From a virus (Duplodnaviria > Caudoviricetes): a stretch of 48,658 bases of DNA. The position numbers and the translations under genes are program-made. The notes under the pieces were generated by a model, which did no database searches, was not told the DNA's origin, and saw only the letters and a program-made list of their open reading frames with translations. Location of the stretch: positions 1-48,658 of IMG/VR virus record IMGVR_UViG_3300033144_007297, one strand, 5' to 3'. Shown here piece after piece: positions 18,839 to 28,900 of this stretch. The stretch's first letter is position 1; every line of letters begins with the position of its first letter.

Positions 18839-19936
18839 ATGGGGTTAATTGAAAGAATAAAAGCGGATTCAGAAAAAGATGCCGCGGAGAAAGCGCGGAT
18901 AAAGAAAACCTTTGCAAAGCAATATGATAAGTTTGGCAAAGGCGTTGTGGCGGGTCTGGATTGGATGCATGACAGAGAGGCGCAGGCCGGCCAAGCCGTG
19001 GAAACGGATGTCCAAAAGAAAATCAAGAAAAAAGTCGAATCCAAGCCGGCCACGATAACAGCCGACGGTGAAGGAAAGAGGCTCCGGTCTATTCCAACGC
19101 TGCGGGCAGATCCTACGTCGCCAATTACAGGCACACACGAACCTGTTGACTATGAAAAATATCCGAACATAGGAGCGGCGCAAAGCAACCTAAACCTTCG
19201 CGCAAAGGGGGTGGGGCCGCTTACCGGTGCTGTGCCGGAAAGCACTCCTCTTCAAGCAAAGGTAAAGGCGACCCAGGGCGGTGAGTCCTACGATTGGATG
19301 GGCAAGTCCAAAGTGTGGGCGGGTCCTCATGTGGAAGAGGTCGGCGGAATAGCAAACCCCAACTACAAAGAAGATGCCTTGAGGCCAGGGAGAAGGAAGA
19401 CCGAAACGGGCTATTTTACCGATGAGCCGCCGCCGCATATGCTGATCACGCCTTATGACTCCCCAGAGGTAAGGCTTGCAAAGCAAGAGGGGCTTAAAGA
19501 ATGGTACAAAGGCACGTCGGAATTCCACACGGAGCAACCAATTGGTCGTCAGGCATCGCTGAAGGAAAAGGCTGTGGCCAACATAAAGGCCATGGCGGAC
19601 AGGGATGTTGCGGGCATAACAGCCAGGGCGCATATGTACAGGACCGACTCGCCGATGTATCAGGCCACCGACACCGACACCGCTACTGACAGGGGCTTCG
19701 CAAAAAAGGGATTCTCTGCCCACACGGATCCGAACACAAGCAAGCTTATGGTTCTTGATAAAGACACCGGAAAGTGGACGACGGGCGGGCTTGGCGGAGC
19801 TTTAGGTGCAGGGCTAAAGGCACAGCTTGATGCGGCCGGCGGCGATGAAAAAAAGTTGAAGGCGATTTACAAAAACAATCCAGGCTCCATGGCCGAGATG
19901 GATCGTTATTTACAGGAAAACAATTGGTTTCGATAG
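18839..19936 (+). CDS. putative internal virion / DNA ejection protein
   Basis: 365 aa, charged and Gly/Ala-rich, lying between the helical protein and the giant protein. Confidence 0.45.
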   Translation: MGLIERIKADSEKDAAEKARIKKTFAKQYDKFGKGVVAGLDWMHDREAQAGQAVETDVQKKIKKKVESKPATITADGEGKRLRSIPTLRADPTSPITGTHEPVDYEKYPNIGAAQSNLNLRAKGVGPLTGAVPESTPLQAKVKATQGGESYDWMGKSKVWAGPHVEEVGGIANPNYKEDALRPGRRKTETGYFTDEPPPHMLITPYDSPEVRLAKQEGLKEWYKGTSEFHTEQPIGRQASLKEKAVANIKAMADRDVAGITARAHMYRTDSPMYQATDTDTATDRGFAKKGFSAHTDPNTSKLMVLDKDTGKWTTGGLGGALGAGLKAQLDAAGGDEKKLKAIYKNNPGSMAEMDRYLQENNWFR

Positions 19937-19947
19937 GAGCATGACTA

Positions 19948-22900
19948 ATGCCTGATATTGAAGTTCCGGCCTGGAGAAAGGAGCTTGACGAGGAGATTAA
20001 AGCCAAGCCTCCAGAAACAGGCGTTCCAGGTTGGCGCAAAGAGCTTGATGCCGAAGAATCCGCTGAAGGTCGAGGCCTCCTGGGCGACATCGTTTCCGGT
20101 GTTGCCAGGGGCGTTGCGATCGAGGCTCCGAGCCTTGGCCTGGATGCCTTAAAGGCTACCGAGCGCATTGCCAGGCGAATGGTTGATCTGCCTGAAAAAG
20201 GCCCGATCGGCGAGTTCGCCACAGAGGCAAAGGAAGACATTCAGCAATATGCTGAAGAGAGTCCTTTCTTGAGAGCTAAAAGAGAGCCAGGCGTGATTGC
20301 CCAGGGTGTTGAGGCCGCGACACAATCGATGGCCGCAGGCTCTCCAGGCGCATTGGCCGGCTTTGGCGTTGGAACCCTGGCAGGCGGACCCTTTGCTCCG
20401 ATCACCGGACCCATGGGTGCGCTGATTGGCTTCGCCCTCTCCGGAGGCGTCACCTTCGGACTTGCAGAATATCAGTCTGTCATCGACATGGCTGACAAAG
20501 AGGATATCCCTCGATCCGAGAGTGAGCCGGCCGCAATCATATCCGGTCTGTACGAAGGTGGGTTTGAGTTCGCCTCCAACGTCATGACCGGTGGGATTAT
20601 GAAGGTTGCCAAACCTTTGACAACCCCCGCGAAGGAAACCCTCAAGACCGGCATCAGGCAGTTATTCAAAACCTCCCTTAAAGATGTAATGGTCAGGGGT
20701 GCCGCTGTCATGGCATCTGAAACCTCTATGGAAATGATGACCGCGGGGTTCCAGGCAGAGCAATACAAAAAGATTGGCCTTGGCGATGCGGACTTCTGGG
20801 AAGCCGCGAAAGATGCCATGGGGCCTGCCTTTGTAGCTTCCATTATCTTTGGTGGTGTCTTTGCCGGATCCGCCTCTTTGCATCGCCGTAAGATCCAGAG
20901 GAACATCGAGAACGGCGCGGTCAAGCCTGAAACGAGAATGAAGGCGGTTGCTGAAGTCGAGGAGATCCTTAAAGGGATCGATCCTAATGTGGCAGAAGCA
21001 TGGAGGGTGAACGCAAGTGAAGCTGTCAAAGATGGTAGAGATATTGAAATCGATAAGTCGGATATTATTAACTTTACTGCAAAGCATCGCGTTTTTCGTG
21101 GGCTTGCTAAAATAGGAAAGACCCCAGAAACCGCCACGGACGAAGAGTTCGAGGCTGTCAAGGCAGAGGTCGCTGAAGAGATCAGAGTCGAGGAGCAACA
21201 GGACACCCTTCGTTATATCACAGCCGCGGTCGCCCGTCAGGATATTGGGGACGAAACAGATCCGGATGAGGCCCAGGCGATAGGGCGGAACAAAGACCTC
21301 CCGATGCAAGACATCAACCAGGCCATTTTTGAAGGATCCGCTATTGCCGAAATGATCACCACCAACGATCTCGAAGGCATGACGGAGTTTGCCAAACAGC
21401 ACGACATAAAGATTCCCTGGAGAGTAAAGAACCCAGAGAATGTTGGTTTCCTGATCGAGGAATATCTCGAAGAGGATTCGCTCGAAGCTACCAGGCTTTC
21501 CTCCGAGATCGCCAACCTTGAGGAAACGGTAAAGCGTCCGGACACAGAAGTGGCGGCCGAGAACCTTAAAATCAAAACCGAAGAGCTTAACGGCCTTATG
21601 CCGGCAAAAGAGGAAGTGGCTGAAGAGCCTGTTGAAGAAGAGGGTGCGCCAAGGCCAGAAGAGGGTCGTCTTCACCTGGTCAAGCGCGAGGAGGGCAAAT
21701 ATCTTTTAGCCTCTCCGGTATACGACCTTAACGACAAGCTTGAAGGTTGGAAAGATCAAGAAGGATCTGTCTACCCTTATTTTGAGGACGATGTTATAAG
21801 CCCTGTGGTTGAAGAAGTGGCTCCAGAGGCCGAAATAGAGGCAGTTCCGCCAGTTGAGGAAAAACCGGCCGAGCCAGAGGCCGCAGAGCCGACGATCGCA
21901 AAGGGGCCAATAGAAGAGGTTAAGGCAAAACCGGAAGATATCCAACCGAAAGAGCTTTATAAGCTTGGCAAGACCATTCCCGCGGTGGCAGACAAACCGT
22001 TGATCGACGAGATGGTCAAGGCCAAGATCTTCAAAAAGGTTGATGTCGGACTATCTCCAAAAGGCCATGTGTGGTTCCGGAACAAAGAGGGCGTTGGCGG
22101 CGAGATCCATTCTGTTACCTTTAAAGATAAGGAAAATGTTGAGCTTGGTGTCGGCTATGGCAAAATGAGCGTGGCCGGCAAGTTCGTCAGGGGAGAGCGC
22201 CAGGACGACAAGATCCTGATCAGCAAGCACATTGGCGATCGATGGGCCATTCAGCACGAATCGTGGCACCTGGCCGAGGCCCTGGGCCTGGCAACGAAGA
22301 CGGACATCTCCGTTATCGACAACAAGGTCAAGAACCTCCTTCGAAAAGGAAAGAACGAGTTCCTTCCGGACATACTCAAGGAGGCCGACGTTGCCAATAT
22401 GACCCCAGAGGGATTGGCAGAATACCACACAGAGGCCCGCGCCTATTTCATGGAAGAGGCTTTGAAGCTCCGCGAAGGGGCCGCCTGGGAAGGTCCGACC
22501 AAGGTCATCATGCAGAAGATCGCTGACTTCGTTGATATGGCCATCAATCGGTTTGTAAAGCCCACAGCAAAGGGTGTGGTCAGATCGTTCGAGAAGGGCG
22601 ACGTCCTGGCCAGGCGGCCCGAAGGAGTGGCAGGGGTCGAGGAGGCCGAAGCCCAATACGCGCTGTCGAAGAAGGACATTGACAAGGGCCTGACTCCAGA
22701 ACAAAGCCTCAAGAAGGCGGTTGCTCACATAGACAGCCTGAAGGGACCATATACCAAAGCCGAAGAGGCGTTCAGGAAGGGAAGCCCAGATGTTCCTTTA
22801 AGGGATCTTAAAATACAGCGCAACAAGGCCAGGGGTAAGCTGAAGACCGCCATAAGGCAATATTCAAAAAAATCTAAAAAATACGAAGAGATTACCGGCA

Positions 22901-25900
22901 AAAAGGCTCCCACCTCTCCATACACAAAACTGACCGCCCAATTAGAGGCGGAGGCGCAAACAAAAAAAGAGGAGGGGCGCAAGAGAGCAGCCGAAGCCGA
23001 AACCCAATTTGCGATCCAGGCGAAGACTCCGGAGTTTAAGAAATGGTTTGGGAAGTCAAAGGTTGTCGACGAGAAGGGTGAGCCGCTTGTGGTCTACCAT
23101 GGGACCGGAGCCGCGGAGGATTTCGATGCGTTTGACATGGACGAGGTTGAGCTTGGCGCACACTTTACAGCGGCTCCCCATGTCGCAAGCGCTGTTGCGG
23201 GGACAGAGCCAGAATATAAAGAAGGCCCACCGCGAGTAATCCCCGCCATCTTGAATTTAGAAAACCCATTAAGGTTAAAGGACAAGGGCAAATGGGATGA
23301 CATCCCAGAACAGATGGTAGAGCTTGGGGTTACAACCAAAAAAGAGGTGGATGAGTTTTTTGAGGAGGTCCCAAGGCTCGACGCAGGCGTAAGAGAATTT
23401 GTAAGCTACAAGGGCTACGATGGCATCGTTTATCTTAACAGGCGCGAGGTCCTTGCAAAGGGAGAAACAGATGTACCCGCAGTCCGATGGGCCGAAGCGA
23501 CTGCGGCCGAAGACCTTTCAGATGAAGAGTTTAAGAAAAAATTTCCCATGGCTGAAGACTCTTACATCGCCTTCCGCCCAGAACAGATCAAGTCCCAATT
23601 CAACCTCAAGCCCACCGAGGATCCGCGGATCCAACACGCCATAACAAAAGAAGGTCGGGCCTCCATGAAAAAGTCGGCCGAAAAGTATCCATTCCCCACC
23701 ACGAAAACAACAGCCAAGTTGATCCTCGCGCACGACAAGAAGAAGCCGGAGGCCAAGCGGTGGTACGAGGGGTCCAAGTGGCTGAAGAAGGTTTTCGAGG
23801 ACGAAGGCCTTGAGGATACCTACAGGGGCCTTGCGATCTTGGCCCATACGAGCCGGAACAAGTCTGTCCTTGCCAATATGCTTGAGCTTGTCAAGGCAAG
23901 GACATTGATGAAGCATGGTGGTATCGAGGGCGACATGGGGCTTGTTAAGAAGGAAACCTTTGACCAAGTGTTGAATGCTGACACCATAAGCCAGATGTTC
24001 AAGGTCGGGGAGTCGCCCACCGGATTCCGTACCGGAGAGGTTAAGGTTAAGGACTTTGCAGACACCTTCGTTGCCGTGTTTAAAGATAATCCAGAGTTGC
24101 GAAAAGACCTGAAATCCGTTGTCGACGTATGGGTAAGCCGATATTTCTTTGAAGGCAGGGAAGATCCAGGGGGCAAACAAATGATGCTGACCCCTGTGCA
24201 ACACGCCAGGATCCAGGAACATATGAGAGAGGTCGAACAAATTCTAACCAAAGAATCCGGAGAGGAGTGGTTGCCAGACATGGCCCAGGCCGCCCTGTGG
24301 TCCTATGTCAGGGATGAATGGGTGCGAACGGGGAAGGTGAAGAGGGTGTTTGAAGGAATCTCTTTTGACCAAACCATAGAACAGCTTGCCAAGCGTAGGT
24401 TGGGGATCGACAAGGGTGCGCCCATAGATCCAAGGCACGTCGTTTCTTGGATCAACCAGGTCGTCAAAAACGGAGGCAAGGTTTGGCTGTTAGACCATTT
24501 CTCCAAAGAAAAGAGAAAGGTTTTAGACCCAGAGTTTCAGGGGACGGGGCAGAGGGGAGAGGAGTGGGACAACCAAATCAAACAGCTTGGAGAGCAAATA
24601 AGGCCAGGGGTCACCTATCATTATGTAAAGGGTGGCAATGTAGAGGATATTTTCAAGGGCATGGTTCACCATCGAACCGTTATCGACACCACTAAAATAT
24701 ACGACATGAACGCCGATCCCGATGGGATCCGTGCAAAACACCTGACCGGACAGCCCATAGGCGGGCCTATGGACCAGGAGAAGGTCAGAGATTCTGAAGA
24801 GGAAATGATCGCCGAAGGCTACATCGGAACGAAGAATGAATATCCTGATCGGGGCTACACCGTTGTCGCCATGTTCGAGCCGACGAGAACTTTCCCAATG
24901 GCCAGGTTTACGATGGGGATCAGTCCGTCGACAAACACCGAGCAGATGACGATTCTTGATGACATCATTTCGAGCCAAAGGCTAAAAGACATATTTACAA
25001 ACAAGAAAACAAAGAAGCTGAACAAGGCGGCCTACAGGAAGGCCGACAGGGAGTTGAGGGCCAACAGGCGTCATCTCAAGAAGATTAACAAGCTCATGGA
25101 AGCGGGGAAGATGGACAAGGCCTACAGGCTTGTCAATGATCATGTGCGCGAGATCTTTGATCATCCCCTCATCGACGTCCTGGACTTGAGCGAGGCCCAG
25201 GGTAGATACTTTGGCACCGTAGAGCCGTCCTTGCACTTCGTTATCGATAGCGGGGACCATGACATCTTGAAGGGGAGGGCCGGCCAATTCCTGAAGATAT
25301 ATCGTCAGAACGAAGGCATTGCATCCAAGTATAGCGGATTTGCTGTTGTTGACAAGAACGGTTCCGTTACCCAGGCGGCAGGGTTTCCGAAGACCGAGGC
25401 CGAATCTACGCTTATATACCTCCCAGAGGGACTTACTGAAGACGACCTGGCAAAAATAGACGGGATTCTGGGAGATGCCGGCCTGGCCGGATCAACCTAT
25501 ACTCCATCATTAAGCACCCTAACCATCCATTATCAAAAGGAATATTCTGATGCATGGGAAACAAAGAATCACAAAAAGAAAGTGGATGCGGCTGACGCTC
25601 ACAGGCAATCGGTGATTAATGCATACGAAGCCTTGACAAAAGAGTTTAAAGATGGCACACTTTCTACCGATTCGATATGGTTCAAACACGATCGTTTGCT
25701 TAACGATTGGAAAGAAGATCCGATAGGAGAAAGCTATGACAAACTCATTGAAGAAGGCAGAATCAGAACGACCAACCTCGGTATCCCAGATCGCCCCGCG
25801 GCCGTCGAAGGAGCGCCGAGAGGCGGCAAGAAAACACTTCGAGGAGAACCCCTCTACCCTCGTTATCAGGCCGATAGGGCCAAGCAGAAAAGCAAGCCCC

Positions 25901-28900
25901 GCGACAAAACCGACCTCGAAGTAGAGCGCGAGAAGGCCTGGGCTAAAACCGGCCAAACCCCCGAACAATACGCAATTCAAAAACACGCCGACGTATGGCA
26001 CTCCAAGATGGAGAACTTCCTTTCCGACTCACTTCCAGGGAAGGGTCCCCCCAAACAGCTTAAAACTATTATCCAGGGTTGGGCCAAGAATGGCCAGTTC
26101 AAGCAAGAGGAACTGGCATGGTCCGGACTGAACGAGTGGCTTGATCATCAGGCCGCCGCCGAACCAACGAGATGGACCGATCGAAAGAGCGGGTTTCAGA
26201 TTGTTCAGTCCGAGGAGGCCGCCGGCGGAGCATACCGTGTAGCGCCCATAGATGTTAATCCCGCCTACATTATGTTCGAAGGTGACGGCCCGTATTGGAC
26301 CCTGGAAGATGCTAAAGACGCTGTCAACCAACAGATCAGGTCTGTAAAGGGCATCAAGTTTGACCCGCTTGCTATTATAAAGGGGGAACATGATTATGCC
26401 AAGCTCGTTCCAGACAAAAAGAAGCCTATCACCAAGAAAGAACTCCTCGACTACCTGAAGGCCAACAATTTCAGGATTGAAGAGGTCATGTTGGGCGAGG
26501 AAGGTGCAAGCGACGAGGTTCCCGAAGGCATGACACACGAAGAGGACTTATATTTTAACACCAAGTCCGTAGAGGCACCTGATGATTGGATCGAAGAAGA
26601 AGAAAAATATCATATAGAAAGGTTTCGTGAAGACATCGAAGATGAAGGGGACGACCATTTTCTTGTAAATAGGGAAGGGAAGGTTGACGAGGCAGGCCTG
26701 GAAGAGGCGGCGCGAGAATATGCGATGGAGTCTTGGTATGAGATGGGAATGTCTAATGAGGTGTACGAAACCGAAACGGGATGGAGCGTTAGGTATAGCA
26801 ATGATGGGGACAATTTCGACATCTACGACAACGACTCTTTTGTCACCACAGTAGAGGGTCGTGCCGGAGAGAACGCGCAGGGCATACTTTACGAGGCACT
26901 TCAGGACGAGGGCCTGATTATCGACCAGGACCAACTCGATGAGATGGGAGAGGGTAGCACCGAGCATAGTAAATACGTTACCGGCACAGGGGAGAACTAC
27001 AAAGAGTTGCTGATCACGATGCCGGTTGCCAAACGAAAGGAGCAATACGAAGCGGGGTTGATCACGCACGACGAATACCAGGGAGGCCAGTACACCGGTG
27101 GTCATTACGGAAAGTACCCTGGCACCATCCTCCACGTCCGGTTTGACGAGCGCATAGGCTTGGACGGAGAAAAGATTATCAACATTGCAGAGATCCAAAG
27201 CGATCTGCACCAAGCGGCACGGAAGGACAGGAACAAGGCTGTTCGGGGCGTAATGAAAAAGAAGATGAAGGCACCGTTGAGGCTTTCACAAAAAGAAGCC
27301 CTGGCCCAGGCACAAAGAGATGTTCCGGAAGACTATGGGTATGGTGAAAGGTGGCGGGTCCGCCAGTTTGGGAAAGAGGTTAAGGAGCTTACCCAGGAAG
27401 AGGCCGCAACCAAAAACATTACCCTCTCTACACTAAAAGAGATCGCGGAGAACTTCACCGGAAACACTTACGGCAAAGATGCGCCGGTTTGGGTTGTCCT
27501 TGATGAAAGCGGTGAGTCTGTTTTCTGGACAATGGTTGACAAGGAACGCGCCCAGAAAGAGGCCGATATGTGGGAGGCGGTTGATATAAGGGGAGAGCCT
27601 GTTAATTATCCATACTCCGAACCGTTAAAATTCAAAACAAAAAAGGCCGTAGAGGATGCCATCGCCAACATGAAGAAGGAAGGCGCGAGGACCTTTTACG
27701 ATATGCCATTCAAGCAGACACAGACCTGGCAACTACTGGCCATGAAGAGGATGGTCCGGTACGCCGCCGAGAATGACTTTGACATGATTACCTGGGATCC
27801 TGGTGTTGTCCACGTCAAGAGATATGAGGAAGCGGTGAGGAAACAGGTCGACACAATAGAGTGGGCGAAGCAAAAGGCTCCTGAAAAGAGCAAGGAAGAG
27901 TTTTTGACGGTGATGGCCAGGGTTCTTGACGAGAGAAACGCTGTCGTTCAGCAGATGGAAAACTTTGAGTTTCCGGAGGACAAGGAGCCTGGAAGGCAAG
28001 CGCAGATAAACGAGCGGTTGGCCACAATTGAAACACAGCAAACTGCAATAGAGGATGCCATGGACAACATCTTCGGTACGCCGATTATGCCTCCATACAA
28101 AGTTGCAGAGTTGTCCGAAGCCCAGGCCGACCTCTGGGGTGAGTTCTCAAGTGAGGTGAAAAGTACCGTGAAGGCTAATGTTCGTAGATATTCGGACCTG
28201 GAAAATGAGGCAACAGCACTTATGGCCGAGTTTGCCGGAAACGAAGAGTATCTGGCAGAAAGCGGGGGTGCAAGCCTTACACAAAAAATGAAGGCCCCAG
28301 GATTCAAGGAGCTTGTCGAAAAGCACAACGAGTTAGAGGAAACCTTGGGCTTTTTAAGAAAGGACCTCAAGGGATATGACAACGACGTCCAGATCGTAGG
28401 CCTCAAGGATGGTGGTAAGCGGTTTGACAAACGAATCCCTCTCGAAGGGGAAACCACGATCGAGAACAGGCCGGTTACCCTGGATTGGCTCGTTGGCAAA
28501 GATATGGCGCAAAAGATCCGAGAGAGCAAAAAGTTCAAGGGCGAATTCACCGGCGACGAGTTAACCATCGGCGGCGAAGGCATGAAGGGCTTCTATGACC
28601 GGATGTTGCCGAAGGCTGTGAATAAGTTTTTCAACAAAAAACATTGGGGCATGGCGAAGGTTAAAACGGTCGATGTGGGAAGCGGGGAGGTTTACCGTGT
28701 TGAGAAAAGCCACGGAACTTCTGGGGTGTGGTTTCGCCTTGTTAGCCCAGGAGGGAACACGATCGAAACCTTTTGGGAAGAGAACATTGCCAAGAAAGAG
28801 GCCGACCTCTTAAACAAAAACAAAGGGTTGGAAGCACTCAAGCGCCAGGGCCTACCCGTTACCGAGCAGATGAAAGAGAAGGCCCTGTACGAAGGGATGC

